DNA from: Aduncisulcus paluster
Lineage: Eukaryota
NCBI GenBank assembly: GCA_024181965.1
Contig: BQXS01000117.1
Span: 1 to 51,157, forward strand
Length of the DNA: 51,157 bases
Direction: 5' to 3'
The notes under the pieces were generated by a model, which was not told the origin of the DNA, searched no databases, and worked only from the letters and a program-made list of their open reading frames with translations. Below are positions 1 through 9,308 of the stretch, in pieces (position 1 is the stretch's first letter; each line of letters opens with the position of its first letter). The translations under genes were made by a program, and so were the position numbers.

Positions 1-1455
1 CATTGACTTGGTTTTTAATACTACTTGTCCACTCAAATATGTTTCACTGCTTTTAGACTGTTTCTTTGTCATTTCCTTCCTTTTTTTTCTGATGATTGTC
101 CAACCTTTTTTTGATTTCGAGTTGTCAATCGAACAAGGCAATTCTTTCATAAATTCCTGCCAGTACACACTCTCCACTCCAGCCTTTATCATTGGAAATA
201 TCAAACCAACAATCCAGAGAAGAAATACAACAATAAAATGAAATGTTGCTCGCATTCGAATCGTGGAATATCTTCTATGATCTTCGCAAGGAGACTGAGC
301 ACAACTTTGAGAAGTACTTTCGATATCTTTATGATTGGAAACTAAAGATGTTATTAAAAAAGATCTTGCGACTCCAACCATGTCGACACTGAAATCTGAG
401 CAAAACCGTTCAAGATACTTCTCTGATGGATCCGAAATACCTCCAACAACACATACAAGAGGAATGGGAGGCTTGCGAAAGATTGAAACAGTCTGACTTT
501 GAATGGAATGAAGAGATTTCCTAATAGTCTGGGCATCTTTAATGAAAAAAGGTTGTGAAGAAAGAAGTTTTTTGACTCTTTGTCTCTGATAAATATATAG
601 CTTTGCGTTATAGAACCGAGCAATTGGGAAGGTATTAGTCTGTGTAAGGAATGAAGGATTGACATATGAACCGCCTGTTACTTCAATAATATCACATTTA
701 AATGTGTGGAGTGCAGAGACAAGCTGAGAGTAATGTTCTGATTGGATTGTGTCAGATCCATTGAGTTTGAGGGCAAGAATGGCTTTGTTTTTTCTTGTAA
801 CCTTACTGACCTGTTTCAAAGTTGTTAAAAGGGTTTCAAAACATCCTGGTTCAGAAAGCAAATAGCCATGGCCACAATGGATTTCTACTCCATCAAATCC
901 GCATGAAAGAGCAAATATCGAGGCTTTAGCAAATAAATTTGGGATGGTTGTCGATAGAAAAGTCGGAGAGGCCTTAGAAGTCTTAGCAAAAACGAGTGCA
1001 CCTCCAGTCCGACCAGAAAGACGTGGGAGGGTAGATATTGCTTTGTTGATCGATTTTGAATATGAGAAACATGCTTCTTTTGATACTTGCCGACCAGGAT
1101 GATTTAATTGTAATATGATTTTTGCACTTCGATTATGTCCATACATAGGATGTTTTGGAGGCAAATCCAATCCCTTATATGCATTAACAAGAGATTTAAA
1201 ACGTTCAATTACATCTTTGTTGCCAATAAATGATGGATGAATGACCAAATTGTTGGGTTCTGATATTGTCTCGTGAGATATCATTGCATGACCAGTAATA
1301 AGTATTCCAGGTTTCATAGGATGTAATGACCACTTTCTATATAATTCTATCATCTTCATTGAAGGTATTCCTTCTGGAGTAGCCAATCGTTCGGATATTG
1401 CTGAACGAATAATCTTATTTCTTATTGGAACTTTTGAAAAGGGGAGATGAATCAT
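1..1455 (-). CDS. NADH:flavin oxidoreductase / Old Yellow Enzyme family protein (3'-partial, runs off window)
   Basis: Absent from the ORF track because no stop lies inside the window. Manual translation from ATG 1455 gives MIHLPFSKVPIRNKIIRSAISERLA..ITGHAMI..QLNHPGRQ..GFDGVEIHCGHGYLLS..KLNGSD..DIIEVTGGSY..CVVGG..DMVGVARS, the OYE TIM-barrel motifs. At least 485 codons. Confidence 0.9.
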   Translation of the reverse strand, partial: MIHLPFSKVPIRNKIIRSAISERLATPEGIPSMKMIELYRKWSLHPMKPGILITGHAMISHETISEPNNLVIHPSFIGNKDVIERFKSLVNAYKGLDLPPKHPMYGHNRSAKIILQLNHPGRQVSKEACFSYSKSINKAISTLPRLSGRTGGALVFAKTSKASPTFLSTTIPNLFAKASIFALSCGFDGVEIHCGHGYLLSEPGCFETLLTTLKQVSKVTRKNKAILALKLNGSDTIQSEHYSQLVSALHTFKCDIIEVTGGSYVNPSFLTQTNTFPIARFYNAKLYIYQRQRVKKLLSSQPFFIKDAQTIRKSLHSIQSQTVSIFRKPPIPLVCVVGGISDPSEKYLERFCSDFSVDMVGVARSFLITSLVSNHKDIESTSQSCAQSPCEDHRRYSTIRMRATFHFIVVFLLWIVGLIFPMIKAGVESVYWQEFMKELPCSIDNSKSKKGWTIIRKKRKEMTKKQSKSSETYLSGQVVLKTKSM

Positions 1456-1793
1456 TACAACTAATATTACAATGGATTTGATATGATACTTTTTTCAAAC
1501 GGAGAGAAAAGAGCAATCTGAGATCACGACAAGTTATAGCCCTATTTAAGGCAATCAATCAAATATGGATAAATTTANNNNNNNNNNNNNNNNNNNNGCC
1601 AATCGTTCGGATATTGCTGAACGAATAATCTTATTTCTTATTGGAACTTTTGAAAAGGGGAGATGAATCATTACAACTAATATTACAATGGATTTGATAT
1701 GATACTTTTTTCAAACGGAGAGAAAAGAGCAATCTGAGATCACGACAAGTTATAGCCCTATTTAAGGCAATCAATCAAATATGGATAAATTTA
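1382..1793. repeat. Assembly artefact: 196-bp duplication flanking 20-N gap (1578-1597)
   Basis: 1382-1577 is repeated at 1598-1793 directly across the N run. Confidence 0.9.
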
Positions 1794-1824
1794 TTCACAA
1801 TAATAAATCCTCGGCGCATAAAAG

Positions 1825-4800
1825 TTACTCTTCAAGAAGTTCATTACACTCTTTCCTTATTGATGAGGCCAGAGCTTGTTCATGACACCATATCTTGATA
1901 TTGGCTTTGATTCTTCTTTCAATAACCTCAAGAGACACTGTGATAATAGCATAGCTTCCAAATACAGTCTTACCAACCATATTAACACAACCTAACCCAA
2001 GTTTACCAGTACCAATCTCCCGAAGAGTTTTCTGACCATTGACAACACACATATTCAAACCTGAAGAGAGCATTTTAACGAAAGCAATGGAAGTTGGAGA
2101 AGCAGAAGCATGTACACCCAGACGCTTCGCCAGAGTAGATATTAACCCCTCGAACGAGCAAGCGGCCTTCCATTTGCAACTACTCCATATCATCTCAAGT
2201 TCAGTAGCCGATGTCTTAATTGGCTCAATAAAGTCGGTGGCCTTCAAGGGGATAGCCGACGTGGCATGAGTGATGACAGTACGCTTGGAAGAGAGATGTG
2301 ACACAAATCCGACAATCGGTCCTGCATCGAAGGAGCCAACGCGGAGAACACGCACAAGAGAGGCAGATCCGTAAGGCCCAAGAGAAATTGGCTTATTGTT
2401 ATCAGCGCCGCGGCCCTTTCCACCGGCACAGACAAGCTCAAGGCTCACATCCTCAAGAGTCTCTCCGCATCTATTCTCCAACGTAACACGAATCTCCACA
2501 GCAAATCCACGAACATGGATACTAGCCTCGGCATATATCCGTTCACTTTGACCCGTTAGAGAGATGACACGACCTTCATCCCACATGGAATGAGCATCCT
2601 CTTCATCCTTAACTATTGTCAAGGGAGACACAAAGGAGAATGAACTTGGGGAAGCAATGACACTAGTTCCCAATGAAATGGAGGCATCAGAGGACACGCT
2701 AGAAATAGGCTCACTAGTGACCTTTTCAGCTGCAGTAGAAGTTGATTTCTCACCACCACCGAGGAGTCTGAATGATAGCAAAGAGTCAGGAGCTGTATTG
2801 AAAGACAGGAAGGAAAGATCTTCTTCGTCTTCATCCGCTGTCGCTTTTTCAGCTGAATCTCTCTCTTCATCTTCCTCATCCTCCTCTTCCTCTGAGCGAG
2901 CATCTACATCCGGTGCTTGGTCCTCCACAAAAGCCCTGGCACAGTCCTTCAGGAGAACCCAGCGATCATTCCCACCACAGACACACACAACACACTCCTT
3001 GATCAACTTAGTCACAGGGGAGAAAGGAGAAAATGTTGTCAACAGAGAGATGATCTGGCACAAGGAGAGCACGACAAGAGTTCTAACATCAGAGGCCAAT
3101 TGGTCTTCCTCAACACTCATCGTTTTGTCAACAGACCCAGTGCCCCTCTCCCTTGCACCGACAACACATGTGCACAAACAGTTACACACAGAGGCACACA
3201 ACATGCGAATGGAAGATGCAAGTCCGGAGGAATTGGACTCCTTATCCTCTGAAGTAATAGAACTCAACAGGACATCAAGGGTCTGTACGTGTGACGAGTG
3301 GAGAGGGGAATCAGTGTAGACAGCATCGGTATATGTCCCATCTGCACCAATCANNNNNNNNNNNNNNNNNNNNGACAAGAGTTCTAACATCAGAGGCCAA
3401 TTGGTCTTCCTCAACACTCATCGTTTTGTCAACAGACCCAGTGCCCCTCTCCCTTGCACCGACAACACATGTGCACAAACAGTTACACACAGAGGCACAC
3501 AACATGCGAATGGAAGATGCAAGTCCGGAGGAATTGGACTCCTTATCCTCTGAAGTAATAGAACTCAACAGGACATCAAGGGTCTGTACGTGTGACGAGT
3601 GGAGAGGGGAATCAGTGTAGACAGCATCGGTATATGTCCCATCTGCACCAATCATAACAGAGGTATGAGGAATACCCGTTGCTTTCTTCTCGTCTTTGGC
3701 TTCCTCTTCCTCCTCTTCGACGAGAGGAGTTTTAGCATCATCAGAGGGAGAAATGGGAGAGGAATCTCCAGTATATCCACGCTCAATGCGAGATAGAAGT
3801 TGAGTGATAAGATTGATTGCACCATTATCAGCCTTTTCTTCGGACAAGGTGAGAGGAATAAAGCGTTTCACGATAGAAGTTGTGCATTTGTGAGGATCAA
3901 TTCCACACCACACACACACAGATATTGATACAAGGATGGTTCTCAGTGTTGGGACATGTGTAACCTGATCAAGACCAGTCAGAAGCACATTTAAGATAGA
4001 GAAAAGGAGGGAGGAAGACTCTTCAATCTTCTCGTCAGTGTGTTGCTGTCTAGTGACGAGACGATCGTGCTTTCCTTTCTCAATCCTACATATCTCCAGA
4101 ACAAGTAAAGCAGTGGCATGACTCACGTCTGAACATCCGCACAAGAGACGAGGGATGAGAGGAGTGAGGGTCTGCATGATGGTGGTCAGAGTGTCAGGGT
4201 ATGTGTGACATAAGGACTTGAACATCTCCAATGGTTGAGCACTTGAAGCATTCTGTTCATCGCAGGTTTCAACAACGTGACCCATTGTACTGACGACATC
4301 AACAACACGGGCACCACTCAGAGAAGCATTCAAACCACAATAAAGGTTATCAAGAATGGTGGAATCAATAACCGAAGTAACAGAATTGGTGTAATGAGAG
4401 ATCAAATTACCAATATCACCCAAGTTGACGCAAGAAGGATGTTGCTCCAAAATCTCACGGATAGCTTGGGAACAAAAGAGGGAAATTGACTCATGTGTGG
4501 CTGTTTTGCACAGCATTGTCCAGCATTTAAGAGCCATTGATACAGCAGTGTGAGACTCGGAGCCAATAAGAAGGAGAGACTGGGCAACCTCGGCTAACAA
4601 TACTCCATCTCCTCCCTCTAGGATAAGACTGGCAGCATTCAAGAGATATTCAAGGGCCGGAATTCTGTCTTGAATCAGATCCATTGAAAAGAGAGCGCAA
4701 ACGAGACGCAGACCAGACAAGAGAACTGCATGGGCTTTAGTCGGACCCTTTGTCAGAAATATAGTTTCATAGGCCATTTTTGCATGCTCCGGGGAACAAT

Positions 4801-5767
4801 CAAGGAGGAAAGAAATGGCTCTTTGGACAACTTCTCCGTATTCTTCTGTTTTGAGAAGTTCATACACCGATTCACAANNNNNNNNNNNNNNNNNNNNAGC
4901 AGTGTGAGACTCGGAGCCAATAAGAAGGAGAGACTGGGCAACCTCGGCTAACAATACTCCATCTCCTCCCTCTAGGATAAGACTGGCAGCATTCAAGAGA
5001 TATTCAAGGGCCGGAATTCTGTCTTGAATCAGATCCATTGAAAAGAGAGCGCAAACGAGACGCAGACCAGACAAGAGAACTGCATGGTCTTTAGTCGGAC
5101 CCTTTGTCAGAAATATAGTTTCATAGGCCATTTTTGCATGCTCCGGGGAACAATCAAGGAGGAAAGAAATGGCTCTTTGGACAACTTCTCCGTATTCTTC
5201 TGTTTTGAGAAGTTCATACACCGATTCACAAGAATCGGGAAGCAAATCGGGGAATCTCTTGAATGTGGCATGGGTTGCAATGATAGCAGATGCTCTTACA
5301 ATGGGAGTTTCATCCTTTAAAAGCGGTGGAACAGCTTGGGGGACAACATTCTCAAGGATACCCTTAACAGGGATGTTTACAAGAGCTCTAAGGCAGTAAG
5401 CACGCATATATTCATTCGGAGATTGAAGGTCTTCGAGGATATGACTACAAACTAAAACCATGTGAGGCTTCATTGATCCATCACGATTGAAAGGATCTGT
5501 AAAAGGCCATAACAAATGGAGTAACTTCTTCAAAGTCTTATCTTTAGATGGAAGAATCGCCTTAATAATTGGCATAATTAAGGGATTAATGGAAGAAGCC
5601 TGGGAAGAAGCGATCATAATGACTTGTTTCATTGCACGGATCTTTTCTTGGGTATTCCCTTCTTCAATAAGAGTTTTCAACTCTCCTATCGGTGAAGAAG
5701 CCTTTTTTGAGAATATTATCATTATGTATCGGGGAAAACCACACTCTCTTCTCCAGTCACATGACAT
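1825..5767 (-). CDS. COPB1: Coatomer subunit beta (beta-COP); one gene of about 1095 aa after removing gap duplications
   Basis: Adaptin N-terminal motifs (KTLKKLLHLLW, MVLVCSHILEDLQSPNEYMRAYCLRAL), GADGTYT motif, and appendage ISLTGQSERIYAEASIHV..VTLENRCGETLEDVSLEL. ORFs 3311-5767 and 1825-3417 join once the 301- and 354-nt artefactual inserts are removed (3288 nt, divisible by 3). Confidence 0.92.
3073..3654. repeat. Assembly artefact: 281-bp duplication flanking 20-N gap (3354-3373)
   Basis: 3073-3353 = 3374-3654; the 301-nt offset causes the apparent frameshift in beta-COP. Confidence 0.9.
4544..5231. repeat. Assembly artefact: 334-bp duplication flanking 20-N gap (4878-4897)
   Basis: 4544-4877 = 4898-5231 with one difference seen (4734 G vs 5088 T); offset 354 is in frame. 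Confidence 0.9.
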
Positions 5768-5955
5768 TGGCTAATATCAAATAATATGAGACAAATTACC
5801 GAAAATTAAATTATCTTCTTCCTGAGTAATATTTGAAAATCATTTATTTGATAATGAAAACTAAATGCTTTCCTCCTAGATTACGATTTATAACACCGTG
5901 TTTTGGGTAACCCTTCCAAGCACTCCGTCACACAAGATTTTCCCCCGGTATTTCC

Positions 5956-6582
5956 ATGGCTTCTCCAGAAACTTCCACTGATTGTCATGTCACTGACAAA
6001 ATTCCAGTTGTTTTTATCCTTGGTGCCCCTGGAACTGGAAAAAACACTCAGTGCGATATGATTTTGGGAAAATATTCTTGTGATCATTTTTCAGCTGGAG
6101 GTTTGCTGAGAGAAGAGCTTAAAAAAGAAGATTCCCCTCATAAAGAGATCATTGCGGATACAATGAGACGTGGTTCGGTTGTTCCTGGGTATATCATTGG
6201 AGCCTTGCTTCGTGAGGCTATTCAAAAGGCAGCTGAGAAAGATCTGCAATTTGTTATTATTGATGGTTTCCCTCGTTCAATTGAGCAACGTGATGTGTTT
6301 ATTTCTGCATGTGGAGATGGTAAGGCTGTAATTGTTCTCGAAACTCCCAAAGACGTTCTCGTTGAACGACTCATGGCTCGTGCTGCTGCTTCAACTTCTC
6401 TTAGACTTGATGATAATCCAGAGAGCATTAAAAAACGTTTTCTTACTGAAAACCGTCTCGTTAAACCAGTTCTCGATTCATATGAAGACCAAGGAAAAGT
6501 ATATCGTATTGAGAGCATAAAATCTCCTGAAGAAGTGTTTATTGATGTGTGTAAAGCTCTTGATGATATCATTACAAAATGA
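5956..6582 (+). CDS. UMP-CMP kinase / adenylate kinase family
   Basis: P-loop GAPGTGKNTQC, HFSAGGLLREE, IIDGFPRSIEQ, short LID RLDDNPESIKKRF; 208 aa. Confidence 0.92.
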   Translation: MASPETSTDCHVTDKIPVVFILGAPGTGKNTQCDMILGKYSCDHFSAGGLLREELKKEDSPHKEIIADTMRRGSVVPGYIIGALLREAIQKAAEKDLQFVIIDGFPRSIEQRDVFISACGDGKAVIVLETPKDVLVERLMARAAASTSLRLDDNPESIKKRFLTENRLVKPVLDSYEDQGKVYRIESIKSPEEVFIDVCKALDDIITK

Positions 6583-7026
6583 TTCATGAATTGCTGAAGT
6601 CAACTCCCCTCCTAGAAGTTCCTGGATGATACATTAATCATTAGAATTATCATCCATTTGAATTTATTGTGAGTTAGATAGATTTGGATGTTATTTGTGT
6701 CAGAAATAAATATAATGGTCGAAGTTTGGAATTGTGAACCATTATTCTTTATTATAATTGGGACGAATCGGGAGATCAATTATTTGGAACGTCATATTTG
6801 AGCTTAATAACGATAAATTCATTCGGAATCGGCGGTGCAGAAATTCTAAGGAAATGCCAGATGTATGGCAAAGAACAATAAATAAAATATGCTGAAACCA
6901 TTGTATTATGTTTTATCCATATCCAAATTTTGACATTATGCGTAAGGGTTTCCATTTTGACAAAGCCAATGAGATTTCTCGCCATAAAAAAAATATTTCT
7001 TGTTCTTTTGGATAGTTTGAGTATTT

Positions 7027-9069
7027 ATGGCTGAAAAATTATCAGATAAACTCCAAACAATCGAAGAACTCTCAGGATCTTTGATTGAAACTGCAAATTT
7101 TGTTAACTATGCTCTAAAGTTGCGAGATGATCCTGACAGATTGAGTACCACGTTGTCTTCAGAGGATTATAAACTTTTACTTCAAAATTTAACTGATATA
7201 CAAAAGAATATAAGCTCTTTCTTCTTCTCCACTGCTAAGTCTTTTCAAACTCTCTGTGATCATGGAGTAATTCCTGATTTAGCCCGGATTAAAAAACTTA
7301 TTGATGATAAAAAAGCAATGAAGAATTCAATGGTAAAGAGAAGAGGCAGCGATTCAGTCGAAACTCATCCTTCCTCCTCTAAGCCATTAAAGTCGTCTGC
7401 CACTGGACCTCTAATACCAGTCCGTTCCACTCCACCCTCTCAATCATCTTCTCTTCGAGTTATTCCAAAGAGTATTCGCATGAGTGGCATTCCTTTGAGC
7501 CAATCACTCCAACCTTCTCCACGGTCTGTACGGTCATTACATCCATCTTTGTCCACTCCTAGGGCCGCCTTTAGCTCAATTCCTGAGCATACCATCCCTA
7601 TTGCCGACACTGATCACATATCCGAACTTCTCCACCAAAGTGAAACTCCTGATAGTGTTCTTGCGCAATATCAATCTGATTTGGAGACTATTTTTAAATA
7701 CTATTCTCTTCTTTCAAATACATTGACTGGTTCTCTGGATGTCCCCCTTGGATTGTCCCTCAGTTCATGGATATTGTGTATGAAAGATGCTAAGCTCCTT
7801 GAGCAGCTTGGTCGGCCTATTGTGGAGGGTGTTTTCTACAAATTTGCAAGAAGGGATGCTTTTCATTCCCGTAATGCCACTCTTTTGAAGACCGCCAGAC
7901 GTGAAGTTCCTATATCTACTCCCATCAAAGCATACAACACTCTCCGCAGTTCGTTGAACCCCTCTACTGCTTCCTCTGCTTCATTGACAAAGACTAAATC
8001 TGGTAAAGTCGTCTCTAAACAGGCTTCGTCCGAACATTTCTTATCATGTGAACAGTTCATTAGTGCTATGGTTGGACTTGGTATTGAGATGTTTGGAGAG
8101 GTTGTTGAGGAAGAAGAGAAACAAAATCATAAGAAAAGGGCACATGGACGTGATGTTGTCCATTCTATTGAAAAGGAGACCCTCGACAACTCCGGACATG
8201 TCGATGAGGGTGCTAAGGACTTTGAACATGGCGTATCTATTGGAGACGAAACCCAAGATAGCCGTGAAGGATGGTTGAGTGCTTCGAAAACTGTTCTTGG
8301 AGATTCTGAACTGAAGAGCTCAGATCTCGATCGCACGAAATCGTCTTCTCCCCGCATTATTGCTCCCATGTCGGCCGGATTTAGTCGTCAAGAGAGCATG
8401 AAACCTCCCCATAATATGCATCTTCCTGAAGAATCGTGCACTCCCCTCACCCCTGTTGTTCCCTATGAATCCACTGATAAAAGGAAAGAGATTCTTATTG
8501 CGGATATTAGTAAGGCCTTTGACAACTATGAAATCATTGATAACACCCCATTCAAGCAGGCTAAGATGACAATTCTTGTGCTTAAATACCATATCTTGCG
8601 TTTCTGTAAGAGATCAAAGGAGAGTATTGATCAAATGAAGAAAATCCTCCCAACTGAGATCCCTCCTGGACCTGCCGACCTTCTCAAGACCTTTGGCCCT
8701 CATCTGCACCGTTCATACCAGGCCTTTTGCTCCCCAAACACTGCCGATGAATCTGACGAGGGTGTGATGACCATCTCTGGCCTGCTCGATTTTGTTCGCT
8801 ATTTCAAGATTGGTTCCTTGGCAAAGAGAGGAGAGTTAATCCTATTGTTCGAAGCATGTGTCGATTGTGCCGATGTGAGTGGTGTTGATTCAATCAGTTA
8901 TTCTAAGTTCATAATTATTCTGTATGTGATATCCAACGTTGGTTTGACAAGAACTCTTGAGAAACACAATTTCCCTTTCCCATATGATAGATTCCAATAC
9001 ATTTTGAAGAAGCTTGGGGAAAGAAAACCACCAGTTCAGATGAGGAAAAAGAGACAGATGATTCTGTAA
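7027..9069 (+). CDS. Hypothetical protein with Ser/Pro-rich linkers and two EF-hand/p25-alpha-like helical units
   Basis: 680-aa ORF. Two similar units: LETIFKYYS..LSLSSWILCMKDAKLL..LSCEQFISAM and LHRSYQAFC..MTISGLLDFVRYFKI..ISYSKFIIIL. The domain call is by eye. Confidence 0.7.
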   Translation: MAEKLSDKLQTIEELSGSLIETANFVNYALKLRDDPDRLSTTLSSEDYKLLLQNLTDIQKNISSFFFSTAKSFQTLCDHGVIPDLARIKKLIDDKKAMKNSMVKRRGSDSVETHPSSSKPLKSSATGPLIPVRSTPPSQSSSLRVIPKSIRMSGIPLSQSLQPSPRSVRSLHPSLSTPRAAFSSIPEHTIPIADTDHISELLHQSETPDSVLAQYQSDLETIFKYYSLLSNTLTGSLDVPLGLSLSSWILCMKDAKLLEQLGRPIVEGVFYKFARRDAFHSRNATLLKTARREVPISTPIKAYNTLRSSLNPSTASSASLTKTKSGKVVSKQASSEHFLSCEQFISAMVGLGIEMFGEVVEEEEKQNHKKRAHGRDVVHSIEKETLDNSGHVDEGAKDFEHGVSIGDETQDSREGWLSASKTVLGDSELKSSDLDRTKSSSPRIIAPMSAGFSRQESMKPPHNMHLPEESCTPLTPVVPYESTDKRKEILIADISKAFDNYEIIDNTPFKQAKMTILVLKYHILRFCKRSKESIDQMKKILPTEIPPGPADLLKTFGPHLHRSYQAFCSPNTADESDEGVMTISGLLDFVRYFKIGSLAKRGELILLFEACVDCADVSGVDSISYSKFIIILYVISNVGLTRTLEKHNFPFPYDRFQYILKKLGERKPPVQMRKKRQMIL

Positions 9070-9308
9070 TATTTATCAAATTAAATGTTGTTGATATTTT
9101 ATTTTGTTCAATAAAAACGTCAATTTTATGTTGGTTACGGTCTTTATTTTTTGAAACACTTTTCCATTGAATATGATGAAGTTAATAAATAATTTTGAAG
9201 TTTCTTAGCTTGTATAGCTAATCTTATAACTATTCTAACCTTAATTGGGAGAATTTATAAAGCATTCGAGTGTTTCATCTTCAAACTGCCTTTTTGCATG
9301 ATACAACA

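Noticed and set aside
1598..1673. Second, truncated copy of the oxidoreductase 5' end (pseudogene?)
   Set aside because: Part of the gap-flank duplication.
3073..5231. Apparent internal tandem duplications and frameshift in beta-COP
   Set aside because: Both coincide exactly with 20-N gaps; removing them gives one normal-sized ORF.
6623..6656. 9-bp stem TGGATGATA/TATCATCCA downstream of the kinase
   Set aside because: An isolated short AT-rich inverted repeat, plausible by chance; bacterial-type terminators are not expected here.
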